Assembly: GCA_024404195.1 (NCBI GenBank)
Contig: JAKSQJ010000002.1
Span: forward strand, 9,661-73,660
Origin: Clostridia bacterium
Lineage (GTDB): Bacteria > Bacillota > Clostridia > Oscillospirales > Acutalibacteraceae
Direction of reading: 5' to 3'
DNA: 64,000 nucleotides
Each line of letters starts with the position of its first letter. The first letter of the stretch is position 1. Positions 1 through 8,764 of this stretch are shown in pieces. The notes below the pieces were generated by a model. That model was not told the DNA's origin. It did not search any database and saw nothing but the letters and a program-made list of their open reading frames with translations. A program made the position numbers and the translations under genes.

Positions 1-1270
1 TGCCTATGTTATCAATGGTATCGTTAATGGCATCAACTTCGGTATAATCCTGCGCTACGACCAGTAAAACGGTTGAAACATACTCCGAAATCATTTCAGA
101 GTCGGAAACCAAGCCGCAAGGCGCACTGTCAAAAATAACGAAATCATACATTTCTTCAAGAGTTTTTATAAATTTCAAGAACTTTTCACTTCTTAAATAT
201 TCAAGGGAGTTCTTATAACTCTTTTTGTTTCCGTAAAGATATACCTTGCTTTCCTTGTCAAACTGAACTGTTTGGTCAAAGTCAATATCGCCTTTAATGT
301 ATTTTGCAAGGTCGTGATTTTCCTCTGAACTGAAACCTTTAAATCTCTTATGAATGGTAGGGCGCTTAAAGTCAATATCAACAAGCGCTACCTTATTGCC
401 CTCTGCGGCTAATGCGCAGGCGAGGTTTGAACTGACGGTGGTTTTGCCTTCGTTTTCAAAAACACTCGTTATAAGAACAGATTTAAGGTCGCTTGTTCTT
501 TTTAAGCTTTCAAGCTTAATTGCCATTTGGCTGAAGCTGTGATTGAAAAGATAGCTTGTCGTATGGTCGGAGAACAGGAAATAATCCTTATCGCTCTTTT
601 TATCATGTTTTTCTTCATAAACAACGCCGAATGCTTCGGAGCCCAACAAATGCTCAAAATCACTTTCGTTCTTAACGGTGTCACGGAAATATGAAAGAAT
701 AACAATTAAAAGTATTGCAAATATACCGCTGAAAATAGAATATTCTATTTCAAGAATAAGGTCGGTAAATTTATGCGAAGCAATGATATCCATATGCGGA
801 TTTTTGACTATGCTGAATATAACGCCGGGGAAACATTCCTCCGCCAGCTGCTCCTGATTGTCAAGAATGATTCCCAATTCTTCGTATGCTTTGTTAGGAT
901 CATCGCAGGTGCAGGAAACATGAACAAAGTTAGTGTCGGTATATTGCACCGAATAAACATGGGATGTAAACGGTTTTCCCGTTTTTTCGGATACAACGCT
1001 CAAAAAGGTGGGGTTTGAGATAACATCACTGACCTTATTGGCAAGCTGAATGGAATCCGATACATTTTGCGATGCTGCGGCAACGCCGTTTCGGCTGGTG
1101 TTTACCGAAATGGTCATTGAACTGCTGTATTCTTTTTTTTCAAAATAAGTGCAGTAAACACGGGAGGCCGAGAAACCTATCCAAATTGCAAGAAGAATAA
1201 AAATAATATTCTTTTTAAGGTCCTTAACGGTAGTGAACAGGTTAAAATATATAAATTTTAATTCTCTCAT
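1..1270 (-). CDS. Fused Wzz/CpsC-like chain-length determinant + CpsD/Wzc-type BY tyrosine kinase (3' end outside window)
   Basis: This gene is absent from the ORF track because it runs off the window. Reading the minus strand from the ATG at 1270..1268 (ATGA overlap with the stop of the upstream ORF) gives an uninterrupted frame to position 1. The translation starts MRELKFIYFNLF. Two hydrophobic segments (IIFILLAIWIGF and IFSGIFAILLIVILSYF) flank a roughly 140-aa loop. A P-loop domain follows with Walker A ENEGKTT, Walker A' VALVDIDFKRP and Walker B YDFVIFDSAP, as in BY-kinases. Confidence 0.8.
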   Translation of the reverse strand, partial: MRELKFIYFNLFTTVKDLKKNIIFILLAIWIGFSASRVYCTYFEKKEYSSSMTISVNTSRNGVAAASQNVSDSIQLANKVSDVISNPTFLSVVSEKTGKPFTSHVYSVQYTDTNFVHVSCTCDDPNKAYEELGIILDNQEQLAEECFPGVIFSIVKNPHMDIIASHKFTDLILEIEYSIFSGIFAILLIVILSYFRDTVKNESDFEHLLGSEAFGVVYEEKHDKKSDKDYFLFSDHTTSYLFNHSFSQMAIKLESLKRTSDLKSVLITSVFENEGKTTVSSNLACALAAEGNKVALVDIDFKRPTIHKRFKGFSSEENHDLAKYIKGDIDFDQTVQFDKESKVYLYGNKKSYKNSLEYLRSEKFLKFIKTLEEMYDFVIFDSAPCGLVSDSEMISEYVSTVLLVVAQDYTEVDAINDTIDNIG

Positions 1271-2067
1271 CTGTTATCACCTACCACTACGATTATACGG
1301 CTGAAGCCGTCGGGAGAGTTATCGTCATTTCCGACCCGATATAATACCTCGTAAGAGCCGTCCTTGTTCATATCAAGCGCTGAGTCGTCTATTTTGATGT
1401 TATTTTTGTTTGCGGTTGTATTCTTTATGTAAGATTTGAAATCGGGCTTTTTATCACCTTTTTTAACATAGATGATATAGTCCTTCAACTCAATTGTATA
1501 TTTGAGCGGTTCGGGGAAAACATATAACCTGAAATTGATATCAAGTGTCGTTCCGTAATAATTGCTTACCTTGGCTTGTGCCTTGTAACTTCCGATTTGA
1601 CGGTTGCTGAAATTGTTGGAAATAATCTTAACCCTTGAAGAGATATCACCGCTGAATTGGTCCTCGGCGGTAAGCGGGAAACGGCAAGTCCTGTCGTTAA
1701 GATAAAAAATACCGCTTGTTTTGGCATAAATCCTCGGACCTATGTAATCGGTGTAGATTATATCCTTTGTAAGCTTTGTGATGTTTTTATCGCTGTCTAT
1801 GGCAACAAAGGTGATTTTTGATTTGTTATCGGTCAAGAAATACATACGCTCAATGGCGATATTATCTATTTCTCCGTCCTGCGCATCGGTAGCGGTTACA
1901 TATTTAAGAAGCTCCTCATCCTTAGTATCACAGGTAACCTCAAAGATTTCCTTTTCGCATTTTATTTCGGGAGCCACATCAATATCGGATAAAGTCAAAT
2001 AAAGTCCGATACGAAGAAGCGTTACCACAACGGCAAGAACTGCCACAATCCATCTGAAAATTTTCAT
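1267..2067 (-). CDS. Membrane-anchored protein with Ig-like (DUF5011-type) repeats, function unknown
   Basis: A 266-aa ORF with an N-terminal TM helix (WIVAVLAVVVTLLRIGLYL). It has repeated TATDAQDGEI / TAEDQFSGDIS-type motifs typical of bacterial Ig-like domains. It is translationally coupled to the flanking capsule-regulatory genes. Confidence 0.55.
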   Translation of the reverse strand: MKIFRWIVAVLAVVVTLLRIGLYLTLSDIDVAPEIKCEKEIFEVTCDTKDEELLKYVTATDAQDGEIDNIAIERMYFLTDNKSKITFVAIDSDKNITKLTKDIIYTDYIGPRIYAKTSGIFYLNDRTCRFPLTAEDQFSGDISSRVKIISNNFSNRQIGSYKAQAKVSNYYGTTLDINFRLYVFPEPLKYTIELKDYIIYVKKGDKKPDFKSYIKNTTANKNNIKIDDSALDMNKDGSYEVLYRVGNDDNSPDGFSRIIVVVGDNR

Positions 2068-2077
2068 AAAACTTTTG

Positions 2078-2803
2078 TTACCACCTTACGCTGATTTCTT
2101 TTCCCGTAATAATTTTTTCGGGGTTTTCAAAAAACAGTTTTTCCGCATAGGATTTGGAAAAATTGCCGTAAATCCACATAAACGCTTTTTGCAGGTCGGT
2201 GTTGCGATATGTAATATCGTGCGCGTCACTTGCAACAACCGAGGCAAATTCATTTTGAAGAAGAAAGCAGGCAAATCGGGCGGCATTTTCGCCGTGCAGA
2301 CCCGCCAAGCTTGAAGTATTCACCTGAAAAAGAGCGCCTTTTGAAAGAACCGTCTTAACAAAGTATTCGTCAGTTCTCAAAAAAGTATATCTTTCGGGGT
2401 GAGCGATTATCGGCTTATAGCCGAAATCCTTTATTAGTTCAAGTGAAAAAATCATTCGGTCAAAATCGTCATGAAAATCAAACTCAACCAAAAGATAATC
2501 GGTGTTGTTTACCGTTAAAAAGTTATTTTCCTTTATTTCCCGTAAAAACCGGTCACTGCAAAAAACTTCGCTTCCGAGCAGAAGCTCAATGTCAATATCC
2601 TTTGCTTTTTCTCTTAATCTTTCATAAGAGGAAATAACATTCTTCTTATCAAGATATCCTATTCTCGGATTATAAAAATGAGGGGTCAAGACGATTTTGT
2701 TTGTTCCTGTTTTCTTAGCCAAGCGCAACAAATCCAGCGACTCCGCAAGGGTCGCCGAACCGTCATCCGTTTTAGGTAAAATATGGCTGTGAATATCTAT
2801 CAT
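2078..2803 (-). CDS. CpsB/YwqE-type PHP-family protein-tyrosine phosphatase
   Basis: The N-terminal MIDIHSHILPKTDDGS motif, the later HPERY and DAH motifs, and the ~240-aa length match Mn-dependent capsule tyrosine phosphatases. Confidence 0.85.
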   Translation of the reverse strand: MIDIHSHILPKTDDGSATLAESLDLLRLAKKTGTNKIVLTPHFYNPRIGYLDKKNVISSYERLREKAKDIDIELLLGSEVFCSDRFLREIKENNFLTVNNTDYLLVEFDFHDDFDRMIFSLELIKDFGYKPIIAHPERYTFLRTDEYFVKTVLSKGALFQVNTSSLAGLHGENAARFACFLLQNEFASVVASDAHDITYRNTDLQKAFMWIYGNFSKSYAEKLFFENPEKIITGKEISVRW

Positions 2804-2910
2804 AACTGCCTCAAAATTTATATATTCATATGTAAGTATTATATAATCAAATAAAGTATATCATATTCACCGAAAAAAAGCAAGAAATTTCTGGCGGTTT
2901 GTGTAAAAAC

Positions 2911-2939
2911 AACAAAAAAGACCTCCGAAAACGGAGGTC
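2911..2939 (-). terminator. Intrinsic terminator after the trehalase gene
   Basis: Hairpin GACCTCCG-AAAA-CGGAGGTC, followed on the minus strand by a U-run (plus-strand AACAAAAAA). Confidence 0.7.
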
Positions 2940-2963
2940 AAAATGTTAAATAAATATCAAACC

Positions 2964-4193
2964 TTAATTGTTCTTCAAAAGGTCAAGGGCTTCAATATAA
3001 ACGCCGGCGGTCCAGCCCATCATGGAAGGCATTGTCTTATGTCCGTCAGAGCTTTCGTCGGCAATATCTATACCGCCCGTTACAACATTGTATTTTTCCC
3101 AAAGGTTGCCGGTTTTTTCAAAGTTTCTTTCAATTAAATCAACATATTTTTTGGCAACTCTTTTTGCGTCCTCAACATAGCCGTAACGAAGCAAACCGTT
3201 ATAAACAAGGTTTTGCATCGGAGACCAGCCGTTCGGATACTGCCACTGATATGTATAACGGTCGGCGTCATACATTTTTTCGGTAACGGCAATACCGTAA
3301 TCGGTTTCAAGACGGTGAAGATTATCTTTAAGCGCCTTTGCCTGCTCGTCGTTAAGCATACCGAGTGTCATAGCATAAAAGCTTGCGCAGGTAAACTTAT
3401 CGCTTATTACATCATTTTTGAAGTCATAATCATAAAAAATGCCGTCTTTAAGCATATATTTTGTCATAAGCGCCTTGCGGTTTTCGGCTTTCTTTTCCCA
3501 TTCTTCCTTACCGTCAATGCCCAAAATTCCGCAGAACTTTGCCATATTCATTTCAAAGCCGTAAAGAAGGGAATTAAGCTCAACCGAGCAGAAATCTTCA
3601 ACATGGAAATCAAAACGGGGGTTAATATCCCAGCCGCTTTCGCAAATTGCAACATACTGCCAAGCGAGTTTTTCGTCAGATATGCCGTCGGGACGGTTTC
3701 CTATTCTCTCAAGAAAACCAACATTCATTCCCTCGTCAACAGCCATTTGTCTGTTACCCGTATATTGATTAAGACCGATTGGCGACATTCTCTTTGTCAT
3801 CCAAAAGTCATACTCTTTAAGCAAAACGCCGTATGCCTTTTTAAGCCACTCTTTATCCTTTGTTGCGGTATAAACATCGTCAACCATCATGGAAAGGAAG
3901 GGGGGTTGAGAGTTATGGAGATAGTATGTTCTGTTTCCGTTTGGCATAAACCCGTATTTTTCAACAAGGAAAAACATATTTTCGGTGTTGTTTTTTGCCT
4001 GTTCCACCCAACCTTTGAGGATAAGTCCTCTGTTAAGGAAATAAGTATCCCAATAATACATCTCTTGGAAATGGTCGGAAACGGTTGGAACATTATAGGG
4101 ATTCGGAAGACCTATAAGGGTGCCGTTGTCCTCGGGATTACAGCGGATTGTTTTCGGAAAATTTTCGTTAATAAACTTTTGAATATCGGGCAT
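2964..4193 (-). CDS. Cytoplasmic trehalase, glycoside hydrolase family 37
   Basis: GH37 signatures are present: HFQEMYYWDTYF (RFxExYxWDxY type), CESGWDINPRF (catalytic ESGWD) and QWQYPNGWSPMQ (QWDxPxGW[SAP]P type). No signal peptide is visible. I prefer the ATG at 4193, preceded by AAGGGGAG, over the GTG at 4220 used by the ORF track. Confidence 0.85.
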   Translation of the reverse strand: MPDIQKFINENFPKTIRCNPEDNGTLIGLPNPYNVPTVSDHFQEMYYWDTYFLNRGLILKGWVEQAKNNTENMFFLVEKYGFMPNGNRTYYLHNSQPPFLSMMVDDVYTATKDKEWLKKAYGVLLKEYDFWMTKRMSPIGLNQYTGNRQMAVDEGMNVGFLERIGNRPDGISDEKLAWQYVAICESGWDINPRFDFHVEDFCSVELNSLLYGFEMNMAKFCGILGIDGKEEWEKKAENRKALMTKYMLKDGIFYDYDFKNDVISDKFTCASFYAMTLGMLNDEQAKALKDNLHRLETDYGIAVTEKMYDADRYTYQWQYPNGWSPMQNLVYNGLLRYGYVEDAKRVAKKYVDLIERNFEKTGNLWEKYNVVTGGIDIADESSDGHKTMPSMMGWTAGVYIEALDLLKNN

Positions 4194-4274
4194 TTGAGCG
4201 CTCCCCTTTTGTAAAATCACAGTAATATTTTAACATTACGGCTCATTATTGTCAAACAAAAGATATAAAAATAA

Positions 4275-4303
4275 TTGACAAAATGCAAAATAGGTGTTAA
4301 TAT
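4275..4303 (+). promoter_or_regulatory. SigmaA-type promoter P1 (TTGACA-17-TAATAT)
   Basis: TTGACA at 4275-4280, a 17-nt spacer, and TAATAT at 4298-4303, directly upstream of T-box leader 1. Confidence 0.6.
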
Positions 4304-4309
4304 GGTTAA

Positions 4310-4590
4310 AATAATAAATGCGATGAAGATATTAAGCTTTGCTTTTATTGCTTTTCAGAGAGTCGGCGGCAGGTGAAAGCCGATAGGTCAGAAGCAAGGC
4401 ATCTCACATCTGAGCAGGAAGCCGGAAATTTAAGTATGGCTTTCCGGGTGAGCCCGTAACAGCTCGGGAGCTTGTTTGAGCTTCTTTGAGAGGTTGACAC
4501 CGTGCAACAATGTGGGTGGTACCGTGGTTAATTTTTTGTTAATCATCCCGCAGAAAGTTTAGGACTTTCTGCGGATTTTTCTTTTTTCGG
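4310..4590 (+). promoter_or_regulatory. T-box riboswitch leader 1, specifier CUC (Leu)
   Basis: The K-turn is UGC-GAU-GA ... GA-GCA. The AG bulge is AGAGAG and the distal loop is GGUGAAA. The specifier loop reads CUC-A (4403-4406), followed by CAUCU-GA-GCA. The T-box sequence AAUGUGGGUGGUACCGUGG lies at 4508-4526. The terminator CCGCAGAAAGU/ACUUUCUGCGG plus a U-run lies at 4547-4587. Confidence 0.85.
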
Positions 4591-4600
4591 AGGTATTGTT

Positions 4601-5983
4601 ATGAGAAAAATTAAGATTATTGACTATTCCTTAAAAGCGCTTAGCGACAAAAACTTGCTATTCAGGGAAAAGACGGCTATTGCCGAAAATGTGGATAATT
4701 TCGGGGTTGACGCAATAGAGCTTCCCGCCGCTCAAAACATCAAGGAAGATGCCATAATTTACGGAACAATATCCTCGGTTGCTCAAAACAGTGAAATTTG
4801 TCTTCCCGTCGGCTTTGACGAGGAGAAAATCGGCGAGGTTTTTGAGTGCATAAAGAGTGCCAAAAAGCCCTGCCTTCAGGTTGCGGTCCCCGTTTCAACA
4901 ACGACCATGGAATATACCTATCACTATAAAGCCGATAAAATGCTCAAAAAGGTTGACTCCCTTGTTAAAGCGGCAAAAAAATACTGCAAAAATATAGAAT
5001 TTGTCGCAATGGATGCAACAAGAGCCGACAAAGAATATCTTACCGAAATAATAAACACCGCAAAAAACGCAGGTGCAACGGCTGCAACCGTTTGCGACGA
5101 TGCGGGAATTATGACCCCCGAAGCTTTCGGTAATTTAATAAAAACTCTTACCGAAAAATGCGACCTGCCGATATATGTTAAGGTGTCAAACGAGCTTAAT
5201 ATGGCGGTGGCATGCGCTTACTATGCCGTTCTTTGCGGTGCGAGTGGAATAAAGGCGTCCGTTTCGGGCGAAAATGAGCTGAAAACCGCCGATATCGCCG
5301 CCGTTTTGGAGGCGCAAAAGGATGCTCTTCAAATATCCTTTAATCTTAAAACAACACAGCTTAAAAACGATATCGGTAAGCTTAAAAAGGTTGTTAAAAA
5401 AGTCCCCGAAACGAGCGAAACAAGCGCTTCGGACGACGGGCTTTTAATCAGTGCCGAAAGCACGCTTGCCGACATTGAAAAGGCGGCAAAAGCATTGGGT
5501 TATGAGCTTTCGGGCGAGGACATCGGAAAGGTTTATAAATCCCTTGTTCCTTTGTTTGAAAAAAGAACAGGTGTCGGAACAAAAGAGCTTGAAGCAATAA
5601 TAGCCATCGTGGCAAATGAGGCGCCCTCAACCTACCATCTTGACACATATAATATAAATATAAGCAATGTTTCGTCGTCTATGGCAAATGTTGTGCTTAA
5701 AAAGGACGATACTTTACTTGCCGGAATTGCAACGGGCGACGGCCCTATTGATGCCGCTTTCTTGGCTATTGAGCAGGGAACGGGACTTCATTATGAGCTT
5801 GACGGCCTTGAAATTTCGGCAGTTACCGAGGGTAAAGAGGCATTGGGCTCCGCCGTTGTCCGCCTTCGCAGCGAGGGTGTTCTCTATTCGGGAACGGGAC
5901 TTTCTTCCGATATTGTCGGAGCAAGTATAAGAGCATATATCAACGCCCTTAACAAAATCGTATATGAGGAGGGACTTGCTTGA
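4601..5983 (+). CDS. LeuA/HMGL-family protein with degenerate catalytic motifs but an intact LeuA C-terminal allosteric (dimerisation) domain
   Basis: The 460-aa protein has the overall layout of 2-isopropylmalate/citramalate synthase. DTTLRDGEQ is replaced by DYSLKALSD, and the HxHxD metal motif by VKVSNELNMAV. The C-terminal segment GDGPIDAAFLAIEQ...GTGLSSDIVGASIRAYINALNKI keeps the regulatory-domain pattern. The RBS is GGAGG. Confidence 0.7.
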   Translation: MRKIKIIDYSLKALSDKNLLFREKTAIAENVDNFGVDAIELPAAQNIKEDAIIYGTISSVAQNSEICLPVGFDEEKIGEVFECIKSAKKPCLQVAVPVSTTTMEYTYHYKADKMLKKVDSLVKAAKKYCKNIEFVAMDATRADKEYLTEIINTAKNAGATAATVCDDAGIMTPEAFGNLIKTLTEKCDLPIYVKVSNELNMAVACAYYAVLCGASGIKASVSGENELKTADIAAVLEAQKDALQISFNLKTTQLKNDIGKLKKVVKKVPETSETSASDDGLLISAESTLADIEKAAKALGYELSGEDIGKVYKSLVPLFEKRTGVGTKELEAIIAIVANEAPSTYHLDTYNINISNVSSSMANVVLKKDDTLLAGIATGDGPIDAAFLAIEQGTGLHYELDGLEISAVTEGKEALGSAVVRLRSEGVLYSGTGLSSDIVGASIRAYINALNKIVYEEGLA

Positions 5984-8427
5984 AGATAGTATTCTCAACA
6001 AAAGACCATAACGAAAAGTCCTTTGTAGAGCTTTGTAATTTTACAAAATCCTATAACTGCGCCGGTTTTGAGATTTTTGACGCAAAGAGTGAACAAAAAT
6101 ATCACAGCGACAGTATTTTCAGAAATAATCTTGTAAATGCAGGTAAAAGAAAGCTCTATAACAGAGGAATTTCCATTTCGGCGATTTCCTTTCCCTATGC
6201 GGTTGAAAGGGACGATGTTACCGCCGACCAGATATTGAGTTATGTTGATTTTGCCGTTGTTTCGGGTTGCGAAAATGTTATTCTTTTTATAGAAAATGAG
6301 CCCGATATTGAAAAGTTGACGGAAAAACTCGCTTTGGCGGTAAAAAAGGCGGAGGATAACGATATTTCCGTTCTTTTTGAAACAAAAAATTACCTTTCAA
6401 ATTCAAAAAACATCCTTAAAATAATAAACCATATTTCAAGCGCCGCTTTGGGTGCCGCCTGGAATATAAGAGAAACATATTTTGAGGCAAAAGAAACCGC
6501 CGACGAAACGATAGGAATTTTAGGCGCTTATATAAAATATGTGCGTTTAGGTGACCGAAAAGACGGCGTAAATACCCTTATAGGTCAGGGAAAATTACCG
6601 TTTGACGAGTTTTTGGATGCTTTGGCTTCGCTTAATTACGATTCTTTCGTTTGCGCTCTTTGGAATGACGAAATTACTGATGCGGATATTGTTATAACGC
6701 ATTTTGTAAACTTTATTTCCAGTGTTAAAGACGAGCGGAAAAATGCTAAAAAACTCTATTATAACCGTGATAAAAGCGGAACATTTCCGTATAAAAAATA
6801 TACCGTTGTAGATAAAACTTTTCCCCAAGTTCTTGATGATATGGTGGAATGTTATCCCGACCAATATGCCTTTAAGTATTCAACCCTCCAATATAAGAGG
6901 ACTTACAGCGAATTTCGTAAAGATGTTGATAAGGTTGCGGCGGCGCTTATTTCAATAGGTGTAAAGCCGGGGCATCATGTTGCGGTTTGGGCAACCAATG
7001 TTCCCGAATGGTTTTTAACCTTCTGGGCGGCAACAAAAATCGGCGCCGTTTTGGTTACCGTTAATACCGCTTATCGCATAAACGAGATTGAATATCTTTT
7101 GAGGCAGTCGGATACCCATACCCTTGTTATGATAGAAAACTGCAAGGATATTAACTACGGCGAAATAATAAGTGAGCTTTGCCCCGAGCTTAAAACCCTT
7201 AAAGCCGGTGAGCATTTATACAGTAAAAAACTGCCCTTCCTTAAAAATGTCATTACCGTCGGCTTTGATATGGCAGGTTGCCTTAATTGGAACAAGTTTT
7301 TGCTTCGTGCCGACAGTATTCCAAAAGCGGAGGTAAACAGGCGTGCCGCTATGGTTAAGCCCGACGATGTTGCGAATATGCAATATACATCGGGAACAAC
7401 CGGCTTCCCGAAGGGCGTTATGCTTACCCACCGAAACATTATAAATAACGGCAAGATAATAGGCGACCGTATGGACCTTTCAACCGCCGAGCGCATGATG
7501 ATTCAGGTGCCGATGTTCCATTGCTTCGGAATGGTGCTTTCAATGACATCAATGATGACTCACGGCGGAACATTATCACCGCTCCCCTATTTTTCGCCGA
7601 AGTCATCTCTTGCTTGCATAAACGCCGAAAAGATTACCTGCTTTAACGGTGTTCCAACTATGTTTATTGCGATGTTCTCTCACGAGGACTTCAAAAAAAC
7701 CGATTTTTCATATATGAGAACGGGTATTATGGCAGGGTCTAACTGCCCTCCCGAGCTTATGAAAAAGGCGGCAAAGGAAATGAATATGCGAGAAATCCTT
7801 TCGGTTTACGGTCAAACCGAGGCGTCCCCCGGTTGCACTATGGGCGAGGTAAACGAGGATTTGGAGCATAGAACAGAAACCGTCGGAAGTGCTTTTCCGC
7901 TTATTGAATGCAAAATCATTGACCCCGAAACGGGCGAGGATTTGCCGAACGGTCAAAGCGGCGAATTTGTTGTCCGTGGCTTTAATGTTATGAAGGGCTA
8001 TTATAAAATGCCCGCCGCAACAAAACAGGCGATTGATAAGGAAGGTTGGCTCCATTCGGGCGACCTTTGTATGAAAACCGAGGACGGCTATTATAAGGTA
8101 ACGGGCCGTCTTAAGGATATGATTATCCGAGGCGGAGAAAACATCTATCCCCGTGAAATTGAGGAATTTTATTTAACCCATGAAAAGATAAGGGATGTTC
8201 AGGTTGTCGGCGTTAAGGACGAAAGATACGGCGAAGAAGCATGTGCATTCATTATATTAAAGGAAAACGAAACCTCAACCGAAGCCGAAATGCGAGAGTT
8301 CGGTATGAAGCATATAGCAGGTCATAAGGTCCCCCGATATTTTGTATTTACCGATAGTTTCCCGATGAACGCCGCAGGAAAAATCTTAAAATACAAAATG
8401 AAGGAAGATTTTGAGAAAAATCTTTAA
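5980..8427 (+). CDS. Fusion protein: xylose-isomerase-like TIM-barrel domain + AMP-forming acyl-CoA ligase (FadD-like)
   Basis: An 815-aa ORF. Its TTG start overlaps the upstream stop (TTGA) and has a GAGGAGG RBS. The N-terminal ~245 aa resemble sugar-phosphate isomerase/epimerase TIM barrels. The C-terminal part has AMP-binding motifs YTSGTTGFPKGVMLTH, YGQTE, SGDLCMKTEDGYYKVTGRLKD and a terminal AAGKILK. Confidence 0.8.
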   Translation: MKIVFSTKDHNEKSFVELCNFTKSYNCAGFEIFDAKSEQKYHSDSIFRNNLVNAGKRKLYNRGISISAISFPYAVERDDVTADQILSYVDFAVVSGCENVILFIENEPDIEKLTEKLALAVKKAEDNDISVLFETKNYLSNSKNILKIINHISSAALGAAWNIRETYFEAKETADETIGILGAYIKYVRLGDRKDGVNTLIGQGKLPFDEFLDALASLNYDSFVCALWNDEITDADIVITHFVNFISSVKDERKNAKKLYYNRDKSGTFPYKKYTVVDKTFPQVLDDMVECYPDQYAFKYSTLQYKRTYSEFRKDVDKVAAALISIGVKPGHHVAVWATNVPEWFLTFWAATKIGAVLVTVNTAYRINEIEYLLRQSDTHTLVMIENCKDINYGEIISELCPELKTLKAGEHLYSKKLPFLKNVITVGFDMAGCLNWNKFLLRADSIPKAEVNRRAAMVKPDDVANMQYTSGTTGFPKGVMLTHRNIINNGKIIGDRMDLSTAERMMIQVPMFHCFGMVLSMTSMMTHGGTLSPLPYFSPKSSLACINAEKITCFNGVPTMFIAMFSHEDFKKTDFSYMRTGIMAGSNCPPELMKKAAKEMNMREILSVYGQTEASPGCTMGEVNEDLEHRTETVGSAFPLIECKIIDPETGEDLPNGQSGEFVVRGFNVMKGYYKMPAATKQAIDKEGWLHSGDLCMKTEDGYYKVTGRLKDMIIRGGENIYPREIEEFYLTHEKIRDVQVVGVKDERYGEEACAFIILKENETSTEAEMREFGMKHIAGHKVPRYFVFTDSFPMNAAGKILKYKMKEDFEKNL

Positions 8428-8437
8428 AAATTACCAC

Positions 8438-8466
8438 TTGACAAGTATTGTTTCGTGTGATACAAT
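8438..8466 (+). promoter_or_regulatory. SigmaA-type promoter P2 (TTGACA-17-TACAAT)
   Basis: TTGACA at 8438-8443, a 17-nt spacer, and TACAAT at 8461-8466. It begins 10 nt after the stop of the upstream ligase. Confidence 0.6.
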
Positions 8467-8472
8467 TTATCA

Positions 8473-8752
8473 GTAAATTGAATACCTATCAAACAAAAGC
8501 TATGATGAAGACGGAAAATTTATTGTAAAGCTTTTAGAGAGTCGGGGACGGTGGAAGCCCGACAGCCGGATATTTTTTCTTATCACTTCTGAGCCGAAAG
8601 GACGAAACAGCAGTAGTTCTTTCCGTGTGGGCTACGTTAACGCATACGACTTGTTAGAGTCTGAGGGGCACAGTTTTGTGCAATTTGAGTGGTAACGCGG
8701 GTTTAATTTTTAACTCGTCTCAAGGTTTCTTGGGACGGGTTTTATTTATTTT
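8473..8752 (+). promoter_or_regulatory. T-box riboswitch leader 2, specifier AUC (Ile)
   Basis: The AG bulge is AGAGAG and the distal loop is GGUGGAA. The specifier loop reads AUC-A (8582-8585), followed by CUUCU-GA-GC. The T-box sequence CAAUUUGAGUGGUAACGCGG lies at 8681-8700. The terminator CGUCUCAAG/CUUGGGACG plus a U-rich tail lies at 8714-8752. Confidence 0.85.
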
Positions 8753-8764
8753 CGGAGGTAATTT

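Noticed and set aside
3213-4214. 333-aa plus-strand ORF
   Set aside because: It lies entirely antisense to the trehalase gene, which has clear GH37 signatures. The translation is low-complexity (Phe/Ile/Lys/Cys-rich) with no motif and no RBS.
8436-8446. Palindromes ACTTGACAAGT (P2) and TTGTTGACAA (P3, 11037-11046) as possible operators for the HTH-cupin domains
   Set aside because: The symmetry is largely intrinsic to the TTGACAA -35 sequence. No shared extended inverted repeat is present between the promoters.
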